Source of the DNA: an uncultured Candidatus Rokubacteria bacterium
Lineage (GTDB): Bacteria > Methylomirabilota > Methylomirabilia > Rokubacteriales > DASRDR01
DNA: 64,000 bases
Direction of reading: 5' to 3'
Assembly: GCA_963708025.1 (NCBI GenBank)
Contig: CAVPSB010000034.1
Coordinates: 96,001 to 160,000 of the forward strand
The first letter of the stretch is position 1. Every line of letters begins with the position of its first letter. Below are positions 31,541 through 41,354 of the stretch, piece by piece. Below the pieces are notes generated by a model, which saw nothing but the letters and a program-made list of their open reading frames with translations, ran no database searches and was not told where the DNA came from. The position numbers were made by a program, and so were the translations under genes.

Positions 31541-33256
31541 TCAGCGGGACAAAGCGAGGGCCTGGTCCTGGGGGACCCAGTCCTGCCGCGCCGCGGGGTG
31601 GCTGTACTCGTAGGGTCCGTGGTGGACCACCGGCACCCGCTCACCCCAGTTGCCGTGCGGCGGCGGGGACGGCGCCGACCAGTCGAGCGTGTTCGCCTCC
31701 CACGGGTTCGCCGGCGCGCGGCGGCCGGCCGCCAGGCTCCAGGCCACGTTGGCGACCAGCACGACCTGCGATGCCATGAGCCCGAACGCCCCGTACGAGA
31801 TCAGCACGTTCAGCCACTGGTGGGGGACCAGCGCGTCGTACTGGAGCGGGTTCGCGATCCGCCGGACCATGCCGGCGAGCCCGATGTTGTGCATCGGGAA
31901 GAAGGTGAGGTTGAAGAACACGACCGTCAGCCAGAAGTGGAGCTTCCCGAGGCCCTCGGACAGCATCCGGCCGCTCATCTTCGGGAACCAGAAGTAGAGG
32001 CCGGCGAAGCCCCCGAAGAACACGGCGCTGAACAGCGTGTAGTGGAAGTGCGCGACGACGAAGTAGGTGTTGTTGATGTAGATGTCGACCGGGGCCGACC
32101 CGTTGAAGATGCCGGTGAGCCCGCCCACGATGAACATCGTGACGAAGCCGAGGGCCCAGAGCATCGGGGTGTCGAAGCGGATCGAGCCCCGCCACAGCGT
32201 CGCGATCATCGCGAACATCACGAAGGCGAACGGCACCGAGATCAGGATGGTCGTGACCGAGAAGGGCATCGCCAGACGCGGGTCCATGCCACTCACGAAC
32301 ATGTGGTGCGCCCACACGATGAACGACAGCGCCCCCGCCACCAGGGTGGCCCAGATGATCCACCGGTACCCGAAGATCGGCTTCCGGGAGAACACCGGCA
32401 GGACCTCCAGCACGAAGCCGACGGCGGGCAGCAGCACGACGTAGACCTCGGGGTGCCCGAAGAACCAGAAGAGATGCTGCCAGAGGAGCGGGTCCCCGCC
32501 GCCGGCCGGCGCGAAGAACTGCGTCCCGATCGTCCGGTCCAGGAGGAGCATCACCGCCCCGCCGATCAGGGGCCCCACCGACAGCAGGAAGATCACCGCC
32601 GCCATGAGTTGATGCCACACGACCAGCGGGAGCCGGAAGAAGCCCATGCCCGGGGCTCGCAGGACGATCGCGGTCGTCACGTAGTTGACCCCGCCCATCA
32701 GGAACGACGCGAACTCCAGCGCGTGGGCCAGGAGCCAGAGGTTCAGCCCCCACGTCACCCCGGTGAAGTCCGGCCGCGCCGACAGCGGCGGGTACCCGGT
32801 CCAGCCCGCCGAGGCCGCCCCGCCCGGCACGAAGAAGGACACGAGCAGGAGCAGGGAGGCGACGAGGAACACCCAGACCGAGAGCATGTTCAGGCGCGGG
32901 AAGACCATGTCCCGGGCGCCGATCATGAGCGGGATCAGGAAGTTTCCGAACGCCCCCAGCAGGATGGGCATCGCCACGAAGAACACCATGATGGTCCCGT
33001 GCATCGTGACGAAGACGTTGTAGGCCTCGGGCCCGACCTCGCCCAGCACCGGAACTGGCGCCTCCGGCCAGGCGAGCTGGTATCGCATCAGGAACGCGAG
33101 AAAGCTCCCCACCAGGATCCAGAACACCCCGAGGCCGAGGTACTGCATCCCGATGGTCTTGTGGTCGGTCGCGAAGACGTACCGCCCCCAGAATCCCGGC
33201 GCCGCGTGCTGGGCGACGTGCGCCACCGCCGCCGTCCCGGCCCCCGCCTCGCTCAT
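31541..33256 (-). CDS. coxA: Cytochrome c oxidase subunit I (A1 type)
   Basis: TDHKTIG, TMHG, DMVFPRLN, WFFGHPEVY, WAHHM, VAHFHY. Confidence 0.95.
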   Translation of the reverse strand: MSEAGAGTAAVAHVAQHAAPGFWGRYVFATDHKTIGMQYLGLGVFWILVGSFLAFLMRYQLAWPEAPVPVLGEVGPEAYNVFVTMHGTIMVFFVAMPILLGAFGNFLIPLMIGARDMVFPRLNMLSVWVFLVASLLLLVSFFVPGGAASAGWTGYPPLSARPDFTGVTWGLNLWLLAHALEFASFLMGGVNYVTTAIVLRAPGMGFFRLPLVVWHQLMAAVIFLLSVGPLIGGAVMLLLDRTIGTQFFAPAGGGDPLLWQHLFWFFGHPEVYVVLLPAVGFVLEVLPVFSRKPIFGYRWIIWATLVAGALSFIVWAHHMFVSGMDPRLAMPFSVTTILISVPFAFVMFAMIATLWRGSIRFDTPMLWALGFVTMFIVGGLTGIFNGSAPVDIYINNTYFVVAHFHYTLFSAVFFGGFAGLYFWFPKMSGRMLSEGLGKLHFWLTVVFFNLTFFPMHNIGLAGMVRRIANPLQYDALVPHQWLNVLISYGAFGLMASQVVLVANVAWSLAAGRRAPANPWEANTLDWSAPSPPPHGNWGERVPVVHHGPYEYSHPAARQDWVPQDQALALSR

Positions 33257-33281
33257 GTGGTCGTCTCCCGGCCCGTGTCCG

Positions 33282-33959
33282 TCAGGATCCCCACTGCTCG
33301 GCCCGCCACCGGTCGAAGACCTCCGGCGTCTCGACGAAGAGGTATCCCTTCATCCCGGAGTGCCCGAACCCGCAGAGCATGGCGCAGGGAAGCTCGTACT
33401 TGCCGGTCTTCGTCGCCTCGAACCAGGCGTCGATCACGCGCCCCGGCACCACGTCCTGCTTGAGACGGAGGTTGGGCAGGAAGAAGCTGTGGATGACGTC
33501 CTTCGAGCGGAGCTCGAGCCGCACCGGCTTCCCGACCGGGACGTGGATCTCGTTGTCGAAGGTCCGGTCGTCCGTGGTGTCGAACTTCCCGTCCGGCCCC
33601 GGGTAGACGACCTCCCAGTTGAACTGCTTGCCGGTGACCCGGATCGTCAGCTCCGCCGGCGGCCGCTCCAGCTTGACCCGCGCCCAGGCCGGCGCGCCCT
33701 TGAAGTCGATCCAGAAATCGAGCACCAGCACGACCGCCACCGGGACGAGCAGCCACGCCACCTCGCCGAGCCGCTCGCCGCGCACGTACGCCGCGCGCTG
33801 GCCCGGGCGGCGCCGGTAGCGGACGAGGAACCAGCCGATGGCGCCGAAGGTGATGAAGAACCAGATGATCGTGAGGTAGTAAACCAGGCCGAAGACCGCG
33901 TCGATCTCGCCACCGTAGGTCGAGACGTTCTCGGGCAGCCACCGGAACCAGTTGAGCAT
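33282..33959 (-). CDS. coxB: Cytochrome c oxidase subunit II
   Basis: DVIHSF, CuA motif CAMLCGFGHSGM. Confidence 0.93.
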   Translation of the reverse strand: MLNWFRWLPENVSTYGGEIDAVFGLVYYLTIIWFFITFGAIGWFLVRYRRRPGQRAAYVRGERLGEVAWLLVPVAVVLVLDFWIDFKGAPAWARVKLERPPAELTIRVTGKQFNWEVVYPGPDGKFDTTDDRTFDNEIHVPVGKPVRLELRSKDVIHSFFLPNLRLKQDVVPGRVIDAWFEATKTGKYELPCAMLCGFGHSGMKGYLFVETPEVFDRWRAEQWGS

Positions 33960-34390
33960 CAGGACGCCTCCCGCCGCGTCGGGGGGGTGTGAGCCGGGAC
34001 CAGGTCGTCGATGCGCACCGCCTCGAGCTCCCGGGTGACGAGCGCCTGGATCCGGAGCCAGACTGGATGGACCGGGCACGTGCCGGCCCGGGCACACCGC
34101 GGTGGCCGGGTCACGCACCGGTTGAGCGCCATCGGCCCCTCGACGGCCTCGATGACCCGCCGGAGGCTGATCGTGTGCGGGCTCGCCGCGAGCGAGACGC
34201 CACCCAGCGCGCCGCGCCGCGTGTGCACCAGACCGTCCCGCGCGAGGGCCTGGACGATCTTGGTCAGGTAGGCCCGGGGCACCTCGGTGCGCCGGCCGAG
34301 GTCGTCCGTCCTGACGGTCGTCCCCGCCGGCTGCGCCGCCAGATCGACGACGACCCGCACCGCGTAGTCGCCCTTGCGCGTGAGCTCCAT
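33959..34390 (-). CDS. Rrf2 family regulator with three Cys
   Basis: DYAVR, YLTKIVQAL, RGALGG, VIEAVEG, CVTRPPRCARAGTCPVH. Confidence 0.9.
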   Translation of the reverse strand: MELTRKGDYAVRVVVDLAAQPAGTTVRTDDLGRRTEVPRAYLTKIVQALARDGLVHTRRGALGGVSLAASPHTISLRRVIEAVEGPMALNRCVTRPPRCARAGTCPVHPVWLRIQALVTRELEAVRIDDLVPAHTPPTRREAS

Positions 34391-34610
34391 GGAGTGGACC
34401 TTGTTGATCCCGTTGGTCCAGAAGGACCTACCCGAGGATCGCTCACGGGCCACGGCGCGGACAATGAGGCATCCGCATCATTTCCCTAGTCCGGGCGACC
34501 CGGTCGTCCGGCACCTCGACGAAGCGAGCCGGCGCCGTCTCGAGGAACGCCTCGGGTGGCGGCGCGCCTCGTCCACCGCTGAAAGGGTCGGAACGGCCGG
34601 CGCAGCCCCC

Positions 34611-34652
34611 GGGGGGGGGAGAATCGAGGGGGGGGTCTTCCGAGCCCTCGAA
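34611..34652 (-). repeat. REP-like element, degenerate copy
   Basis: ATCGAGGGGGGGGTCTTCCGAGCCCTCGAA, 4 nt after stop at 34657. Confidence 0.6.
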
Positions 34653-34656
34653 GGGA

Positions 34657-37600
34657 CTACCGGGTCTCGACCGCCGGGAGACCGCCTTCGCGCACGAGCG
34701 TGTTGAACGCGGACACGTCGGCGTCGACCAGCGCCTGGAGGCGACCGAGCTCCCGGCGGACCTGGGCCGCCAGGTGCTCGTAGACCTCGACGGCCTGCCG
34801 GGGTGGGGCGGCGTCGGCGCTCGACAGCACGCTGACCAGGGAGGCCAGGCGGAGGTTGAGGCGCGCGGGATACCGGAGCGCGTCCATCGAGTTCCGGGCG
34901 CCGGTCTGGACCAGCTCGGTCTCGATCTCGGTGAGCCGGGCCACGAGCGCCTCGGCCGCGCCGGCGATGGCGAGGAGACGCTCGGGGGCCTCGCCGGGCG
35001 CCGTGGACTCGCGGACGCGCTGGGACCACTCGCCCACCTGACGGCGGATCCGCCGGAGGCGGTTGATGCCGGCATGCGTCTCCGACAGCGTGTCGCGGAT
35101 GCGGCTCCACAGGGCGAACTGCGCGTCGAGATCGGCCTGGCTGGCCGGCACCCGGGGATCCTTGCGCACCTCGAACGACTGCGTCCACGACCGGTCGCCG
35201 ACCGTCAGACGGACCTGGTAGGTGCCGGGCGGAGCGAGCGGGCCGGTGATCGCCTTCTCGGTGGTGACGTCACCCGGCACCTTTTCCGCGCCGGGGTAGC
35301 GGAGGTCCCACACGAAGCGGTTGAGGCCCGGCCGGGCCGTGATGTAACGCTCGTCCTTCGGCGCGGCTTCGGGGGCGACCGACGTCGTCTCGGCGCCAGG
35401 CGGCCGGCTCGTTCCGCCGTCGGCTGCCGGCTCCTCCGGCCGTGTCCCGAACGTGCGGATCACGGCGCCCCCGGATTCCAGGAAGCCGAGCGACACGGGA
35501 CCGGCAGGCGCGCCGGGAAGGACGTAGTAGACGATGGCGCCGGTCGGCGGGTTCTCGCCGGCGTCGAGGAACGTCCGCAGGCGCTCGCCCTCGGGCGTCC
35601 GGTCCTCGTAGAAGGTCAGCCCGGTCCCCAGCGCCATCATGTAGTTCTTGTGGTGCTTGCCCGGCCCCCGGAAGAGGTCCACGCTCCAGTTCTGCCAGGG
35701 CCGCACGGTGGCGCGCGGCGGGAGGAGCCGGGCGGCCTCGGCCGCGCTCGCCGTCGCCTCGCGCAGCGGGGTCAGGTCGTCGAGGATCCAGAACGACCGG
35801 CCGTGGGTCGCGGCGACCAGGTCGCCGTTCTTGACGGCGAGGTCGTAGACCGGCGCCACCGGCAGGTTCCCGGGAAGCCGGTGCCAGGTCGTCCCGTCGT
35901 CCCCGGACACCACGACCCCGGTCTCCGTCCCGACGTAGAGGAGCCCGCGCCGCGCCGGGTCCTCCCGGATGACGCGGCTGATCTCGCCGGCCGGGAAGTC
36001 CCCGGCCAGGGCGCGCCAGGTGTGGCCGTAGTCGTCGGTCCGGTAGAGGTAGGCGTGGTAGTCGTCGAGCTTGTAGCGGGTGGCGGCCACGTAGGCCGTG
36101 CCGCGCGCGTGCGGCGAGACCTCGATCGTCGCGATCAGGGACCACTCGGGCAGATCGGGCGGCGTCACGTTCTGCCAGCGTCTGGCCGTCGTCCCGCGAG
36201 ACGTGGACGAGGCCGTCGTCGCTCCCTGCCCACAGGACGCCCCGCTCGTGCGGGCGACTCGGCAAAGGCGTAGACGGTGCCGTAGTGCTCGGCGCCGCTG
36301 GTGTCCTTGGTCAGCGGCCCGCCCGAGGCTTCGAGCTTGGTCGGGTCCTGCCGGGTGAGGTCCGGGCTGATCGCCTCCCAGCTCGAGCCCTCGTCGCGGG
36401 TGCGGAAGACGAGGTTGCCGGTGGCGTAGAGCGTGCCGGGGTCGTGGGGCGAGAAGACGATGGGGAAGGTCCAGGCGAAGCGGTACTTGAGGTCCCGGGC
36501 GCCCCAGCCGTAGTACACCTCCGGCCACACGGTGACGAGCCGGATCTGGCGCGTGCGGTGGTCGTAGCGCTGGAGCGCCCCACCGCCGCCGGGCGAGCTG
36601 CCGACCGCGCCGACGTAGACGACGTTCGGATCGCGCGGGTGGACCGCGATGTACCCGCTCTCCCCGGTGCCGGCCGGGTAGCAGTCGCCCCAGGTGATGC
36701 CGCCGTTCTCGGAGGCGCTTGGCACGCTCACGCTCGAGTTGTCCTGCTGGGTGCCGTAGACGCGGTAGGGGTGCTGGTCGTCGGTGGCCACGTGATAGAA
36801 CTGCGCGGTGAGCTGGTTGTAGATGGTGGACCAGCTCCCGCCCGCCGTTGAACGAGACGCAGGCGCCGCCGTCGTTCCCCTCGATCATGCGCCGGGGATC
36901 CCGGGGGTCGATCCAGAGATCGTGGTTGTCGCCGTGCGGCGTGGTGATCTCGGCGAAGGTGCGCCCGCCGTCGGTCGACTTCCACATCTTGAGATTGGTC
37001 ACGTAGACCGTGTCGGGGTCGACCGGGTCCGCGAAGACGTGGCAGTAGTACCAGGGGCGATGGATCAGGTCGCGGTTGTCGGAGACGAGCTCCCACGTTC
37101 GCCCGCCGTCGTCCGAGCGGTAGAGGCCCGCGCTCGACGCCTCGACGATGGCCCAGACGCGATCGCCCCGGGCCGGGGACACGCTGACCCCGATCTTGCC
37201 CTTGATCCCGCGCGGCAGCCCCGGATTGTCGGTGATGTCCGTCCAGGTGTCGCCCCCGTCGGTCGACTTGTAGATCCGGCTGTCCGGGCCCCCGCTGGAG
37301 AGCGTCCAGAAGTGGCGGTACACCTCCCAGGTGGCCGCGTAGAGGACGCGGGGGTTGCCCGGGTCGAGGGCGAGGTCGATCGCGCCCGCCTTGTCGCTCG
37401 TGAAGAGGACCTGCTGCCAGCTGCGGCCGCCGTCCCGGGAGCGGAAGACCCCGCGCTCCCGGTTGGGTCCGAACGCGTGGCCGAGCGCGGCGACGTACAC
37501 CAGGTCGGGGTCGCGGGGGTGGACGCGGATCTTGCCGATGTGACGGCTGTCGGCCAGCCCCACGTGCGTCCACGTCTGGCCGCCGTCGGTCGTCTTGTAG

Positions 37601-37896
37601 ACGCCGTCGCCGTAGGAGACGTCGATCCGGATGGTCGCCTCCCCCGTTCCCGCGTAGATGACGCTGGGATCCGACTCGGCCACCGCCAGCGCACCGATGG
37701 CCGCCGTTCGGAAGTAGCCGTCGGAGACGTTCTCCCAGTACGTGCCGCCGTCCGTCGTCTTCCACACCCCACCGGCCACGGCACCGAAGTAGAACACCGC
37801 CGGCTCGGTTGGATGGCCGGCGACCGCGACCACCCGCCCGCCGCGCGGGGGACCGATGCAGCGCCACCGGAGGGTCTGGAACAGGGCTGGGTCCAT
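34657..37896 (-). CDS. BNR/Asp-box (VPS10/sortilin-like) beta-propeller glycosyl hydrolase-like protein; central part frameshifted
   Basis: WRCIGPPRGGR, repeated S/TxDGGxTW boxes, ATHGRSFWILDD; ~36180-36840 continues in another frame (YGTQQDNS, RFAWTFP). Confidence 0.85.
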   Translation of the reverse strand: MDPALFQTLRWRCIGPPRGGRVVAVAGHPTEPAVFYFGAVAGGVWKTTDGGTYWENVSDGYFRTAAIGALAVAESDPSVIYAGTGEATIRIDVSYGDGVYKTTDGGQTWTHVGLADSRHIGKIRVHPRDPDLVYVAALGHAFGPNRERGVFRSRDGGRSWQQVLFTSDKAGAIDLALDPGNPRVLYAATWEVYRHFWTLSSGGPDSRIYKSTDGGDTWTDITDNPGLPRGIKGKIGVSVSPARGDRVWAIVEASSAGLYRSDDGGRTWELVSDNRDLIHRPWYYCHVFADPVDPDTVYVTNLKMWKSTDGGRTFAEITTPHGDNHDLWIDPRDPRRMIEGNDGGACVSFNGGRELVHHLQPAHRAVLSRGHRRPAPLPRLRHPAGQLERERAKRLRERRHHLGRLLPGRHRGERVHRGPPARSERRLRRRGRQLARRRWGAPALRPPHAPDPARHRVAGGVLRLGRPGPQVPLRLDLPHRLLAPRPRHALRHRQPRLPHPRRGLELGGDQPGPHPAGPDQARSLGRAADQGHQRRRALRHRLRLCRVARTSGASCGQGATTASSTSRGTTARRWQNVTPPDLPEWSLIATIEVSPHARGTAYVAATRYKLDDYHAYLYRTDDYGHTWRALAGDFPAGEISRVIREDPARRGLLYVGTETGVVVSGDDGTTWHRLPGNLPVAPVYDLAVKNGDLVAATHGRSFWILDDLTPLREATASAAEAARLLPPRATVRPWQNWSVDLFRGPGKHHKNYMMALGTGLTFYEDRTPEGERLRTFLDAGENPPTGAIVYYVLPGAPAGPVSLGFLESGGAVIRTFGTRPEEPAADGGTSRPPGAETTSVAPEAAPKDERYITARPGLNRFVWDLRYPGAEKVPGDVTTEKAITGPLAPPGTYQVRLTVGDRSWTQSFEVRKDPRVPASQADLDAQFALWSRIRDTLSETHAGINRLRRIRRQVGEWSQRVRESTAPGEAPERLLAIAGAAEALVARLTEIETELVQTGARNSMDALRYPARLNLRLASLVSVLSSADAAPPRQAVEVYEHLAAQVRRELGRLQALVDADVSAFNTLVREGGLPAVETR

Positions 37897-38022
37897 CGGA
37901 TCGACCTCGCAAGCTCGGAGTTTTCGCCGCCGTTCGGATCGCGATCGGAACTAGAGGCCGTCCGCGATGATAGGCCAGCGCGGGCCAGTGGCGCAACCGG
38001 CCACGATGCGGCCGACTCGCGG

Positions 38023-38051
38023 TTGACAGTCCGGGGCCGGCCGTCTAGTGT
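38023..38051 (+). promoter_or_regulatory. sigma70-type promoter
   Basis: TTGACA, 17 nt, TAGTGT upstream of the 38094 gene. Confidence 0.65.
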
Positions 38052-38093
38052 CTCATCGACGGCCGATCGGTCCACCGACAGGAGGAGGACGCC

Positions 38094-38360
38094 ATGGAGG
38101 AAGTGTTTCCCGTAGGCTCGGGGGTGGTTCTGGGACTCGCCATCGCCTACCTGGTCCCGGGGCGACTACGAGGTTGGGTCCTCGGCTGCTTCAGCGTGCT
38201 CATCGGCGCGATGGCCAGCTGGGTCAGCGGGGAGCTGGCGATCAGCTGGGTCTATCTCCTGATCGACACCGCCCAGGTGCTGGTGGCCGGCGCGATGACC
38301 TGGTTCCTGGCGGTCCGCTGGAGACGCTTCGCCGCTGCCTCCGGCCGACGAAACGCCTGA
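38094..38360 (+). CDS. Small three-TM membrane protein
   Basis: Strong AGGAGG RBS, upstream promoter, hydrophobic 88 aa. Confidence 0.75.
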   Translation: MEEVFPVGSGVVLGLAIAYLVPGRLRGWVLGCFSVLIGAMASWVSGELAISWVYLLIDTAQVLVAGAMTWFLAVRWRRFAAASGRRNA

Positions 38361-38424
38361 CGCCCCTCCCGGACTGATTCCGAGCGGCGGCTCCGCCGGC
38401 CGGCCCACCCACCCGACCCGAAAA

Positions 38425-38462
38425 GGGGGGGCATCGGGGGGGTGTTCCGACACCCCCCCGAA
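38425..38462 (-). repeat. REP-like element with compensatory base-pair change
   Basis: GGGGGGGCATCGGGGGGGTGTTCCGACACCCCCCCGAA, 3 nt after stop at 38466. Confidence 0.8.
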
Positions 38463-38465
38463 GGC

Positions 38466-39473
38466 CTAGCGGAGGAAGGTGGCCTGCCGCGCCGTCTCGA
38501 TACAGCGCAGCGCGTCGGCCGGCGTCAGGATCTCGCGGGCCAGGAGCCGCTCGAACTCCTTCCGGAGCGTCGTCCGGAGGAGGTAGGTCCCGTCGGTGTT
38601 GATCGTGGTCCGGACGCCGGCGGCGCGGAAGCGGGCGAAGATCTCCCGCAGCTCCGCCCAGCCCGAGATGGCCCGGGTGCGGTGGTTCGACGACGGACAG
38701 ATCTCCAGCACGATGTTGCGCTCGACGAGCTTCGCCATCAGCTCCTCGCTCTGGGCGGCGGCGATCCCGTGGCCGATCCGGTCCGGCTCGAGCTTCTCGA
38801 TGACCGCCAGCACCCCCTCGGGCCCGGTGTGGGAGGTCTCGCCGGTGTGGATGGTGGTGCCGAGACCGGCCGCCCGGGCCCTCGCGAACAGCTCCCGGTA
38901 GCGGTCCACGTCGCCCCCGAACTCGAGCGTGTGGCGCTCGGGTCCGGCCAGATCGATCCCCACCACCCCCCGGTCGCGATAGCGCTCGGCCTTGCGGACG
39001 AGGATGTCGTTCAGCTCGTAGTCGAACTCGCGAGCGAGACAGAAGATCAGGCCGGCCCGGACGCCGTAGGCGAGGCAGGCCCGCTCCATGCCGCGAATGG
39101 CGGCGGCGATGATGTGGTCGAGGTCGCGCTCGCCGCCGACGTTCCGCTTCATGGGGTTGAAGCGGAGCTCGATGGTCGAGACGCGGGAGGAGCGGTACTC
39201 CTTGCCGATGATGGCGTAGACCGACCGCTCGATGGCGGAGGGTGACGACTGGATCCGCTCCGTCCAGCGGTGCATGATGTCGAGGTAGCTGTCCAGGGAC
39301 GACACCCGGGCGGGGTCGGCGTAGACGAGGTCGCGGAACTCCCAGTAGGTCCTGACCGGCAGCTTGAAGCCGTGGTCGTGCGCGATCTCCCACAGCACCT
39401 GGGGGGCGACGGCGCCTCCCACGTGGATGTGGAGGTCGGTCAGCTCGATCGTATCGAGGCTGAAGTCGCTCAG
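38466..39473 (-). CDS. Adenosine deaminase family (start uncertain)
   Basis: ELTDLHIHVGG, ELRFNP, GIDLAGPE, HTGET, RIGHG, EICPSSN, INTDG. Confidence 0.88.
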   Translation of the reverse strand: MSDFSLDTIELTDLHIHVGGAVAPQVLWEIAHDHGFKLPVRTYWEFRDLVYADPARVSSLDSYLDIMHRWTERIQSSPSAIERSVYAIIGKEYRSSRVSTIELRFNPMKRNVGGERDLDHIIAAAIRGMERACLAYGVRAGLIFCLAREFDYELNDILVRKAERYRDRGVVGIDLAGPERHTLEFGGDVDRYRELFARARAAGLGTTIHTGETSHTGPEGVLAVIEKLEPDRIGHGIAAAQSEELMAKLVERNIVLEICPSSNHRTRAISGWAELREIFARFRAAGVRTTINTDGTYLLRTTLRKEFERLLAREILTPADALRCIETARQATFLR

Positions 39474-39503
39474 CTCGGCTCCGACGTCACGGTCCCGGGC
39501 ACG

Positions 39504-40076
39504 CTACCTCGCCGCCAGCGCGGTCTCGATGTCCTTCCGCAGACCCGCGTCGTCCGGCGTCACCCGGCTCGGATAGAACTTCACGACCCGGCCGTCCCGG
39601 GCGACCAGGTACTTGCCGAAGTTCCAGCCCGGCAGCTCGCCGGACTGCTTCTGGAGATTGGCGTACACGGGGGACTGGCCGGTGCCGGCCCGGGTGACGA
39701 CCTTCTCGAACAGCGGGAAGCTGACGTCGTAGGTGAGCGAGCAGAACTGGCGGATCTCCCGGGCCGTCCCCGGCTCCTGGCCGCCGAAGTCGTTGCTCGG
39801 GAAGCCCAGGACGAGGAAGTCCCGGCCGCGGAGGTCGCGGTAGAGCTTCTCCAGGCCCGCGTACTGGGGCGTGTAGCCGCACTGGCTGGCCAAGTTGACG
39901 ACGAGGGTGACCTTGCCGGCGTAGGCCTTGAGATCGGCGGGCTGCCCCTCCAGGGTCTTCGTCGTCAGGCGATAGAGCGAGTCCGGGGCCAAGGCGATCT
40001 CCTTCTTGCTCTCCTGGGCCTCGGACGCGAGCGTCAGGGCCAGCAGGGCGAGGCCAACGGTCCACACGCGGCGCAT
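39504..40076 (-). CDS. Glutathione peroxidase family, exported, Cys-type
   Basis: Signal peptide; NLASQCGYTPQY, GFPSNDFGGQEPG, WNFGKYL. Confidence 0.92.
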   Translation of the reverse strand: MRRVWTVGLALLALTLASEAQESKKEIALAPDSLYRLTTKTLEGQPADLKAYAGKVTLVVNLASQCGYTPQYAGLEKLYRDLRGRDFLVLGFPSNDFGGQEPGTAREIRQFCSLTYDVSFPLFEKVVTRAGTGQSPVYANLQKQSGELPGWNFGKYLVARDGRVVKFYPSRVTPDDAGLRKDIETALAAR

Positions 40077-40101
40077 GGGTCGTCTCCTGTGCCCGGGTTT
40101 G

Positions 40102-40581
40102 TCAGCGAGCCGAGGGGCCGCCGAGGGCGGCCTCCATGTCCTTCACCCGGTGAGCCCCCGAGTGCCCGTCGAGGTCGGCGGGCCAGTGGGCGGAGCGCTC
40201 CCGGCGGCCGAACCACTCGGCGGGGGTCCTGGCGAGCGTCCTCAGCACGTCGGCGTGGACCCGACGATGCCACGCGATGACCTGGCCCGGCCGCTGGCGA
40301 TGCCAGCGCTCGTAGATGAGGCGGTTGATCTGGTTCACGTCGAGGCCCCGCATCTCCGGCAGCCGCCGCTCGCCGCGGATCACGCGGGCGGTGTGCTCTT
40401 TCCAGTAGACGATGTGGGCGAGGGCGTCCTTGACGGTCCACGGATCGCGTGTCGGCGGCCGCGGCACCCGCCGGTTCCAGTCCGCCGGGCGCAGCCGCGC
40501 GACCAGCCGGTCGAGCCGGGCGAACTCGCGGCGGGTCCGGTCGAGAACCTCCCGGCGGGTGTGACGCATGTCGGGAAGCAT
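40102..40581 (-). CDS. DinB-superfamily four-helix-bundle protein
   Basis: WTVKDALAHIVYW, NRLIYE, C-terminal HSGAH. Confidence 0.75.
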   Translation of the reverse strand: MLPDMRHTRREVLDRTRREFARLDRLVARLRPADWNRRVPRPPTRDPWTVKDALAHIVYWKEHTARVIRGERRLPEMRGLDVNQINRLIYERWHRQRPGQVIAWHRRVHADVLRTLARTPAEWFGRRERSAHWPADLDGHSGAHRVKDMEAALGGPSAR

Positions 40582-40668
40582 CCTACACCGCCGGGCTCAC
40601 CGGCGCGACTGGCGCGATGCCGCACCGGGGCGAGACGGAGGCGGTATACTGAAACGACAGGAAATACG

Positions 40669-41148
40669 ATGCGTTCACGCCTCGTCGCCGCGGGTGGCGC
40701 CCTGATGCTGACGGTGGCGGCCGCCCTCGCCCCGACCGCGCCGCTCGCGGATCCCAGCTCGCCGGCCGTCGAGCAGCGGCGCCAGCCCCCGGCCGCGGAG
40801 ACCGCCGACAGCGAGTACAACCGCGGCGTGCGGGCCCGCGTCGCCCAGGACTGGAAGGCGGCCGAGGCCGCGTTCCGCCGCGCCATCGCCCTGCGCCCCG
40901 GCTTCCCGGACGCCTGGAACGAGCTCGGGTATGCCCTGCGCAACCAGAGCCGCTACCCGGAGTCACTCCGGGCCTACGACGAGGCGCTCCGGCTGCGGCC
41001 CGACTTCCCGGAGGCGCTCGAGTATCTCGGCGAGGCCTACGTGAAGGTCGGCCGGCTCCCGGACGCGCGCCGCGTCCTCGACCGGCTGCGTGCCCTCGAC
41101 CCCCGCCGCGCCCGAGAGCTGGCCGAGGTCATCGAGAAGGGAAACTAG
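40669..41148 (+). CDS. Exported TPR protein
   Basis: Signal peptide; AWNELGYALR, ALEYLGEAY TPR units. Confidence 0.85.
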   Translation: MRSRLVAAGGALMLTVAAALAPTAPLADPSSPAVEQRRQPPAAETADSEYNRGVRARVAQDWKAAEAAFRRAIALRPGFPDAWNELGYALRNQSRYPESLRAYDEALRLRPDFPEALEYLGEAYVKVGRLPDARRVLDRLRALDPRRARELAEVIEKGN

Positions 41149-41354
41149 CCCCGCCCCTATCCCCCCAAGCGCCCGCCCCGGTGCTTGGGCCCGCTCTAGT
41201 TCCTTGGCGTACCGGGTCAAGCTGTCGGGGGCGGGGCCGAGGAGCGAGCAGCGCTAGGACGCAGGGAGTCGCCCACCGCAGGCGTATGCCGCATACGCCG
41301 AGGATGGGCGACGACCGAGGACGACGCGATGCGACGCTCATCGGCCCCGCCCCC

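Noticed and set aside
39504-40076. Selenocysteine in the glutathione peroxidase
   Set aside because: The active-site codon is TGC (Cys) with no in-frame TGA
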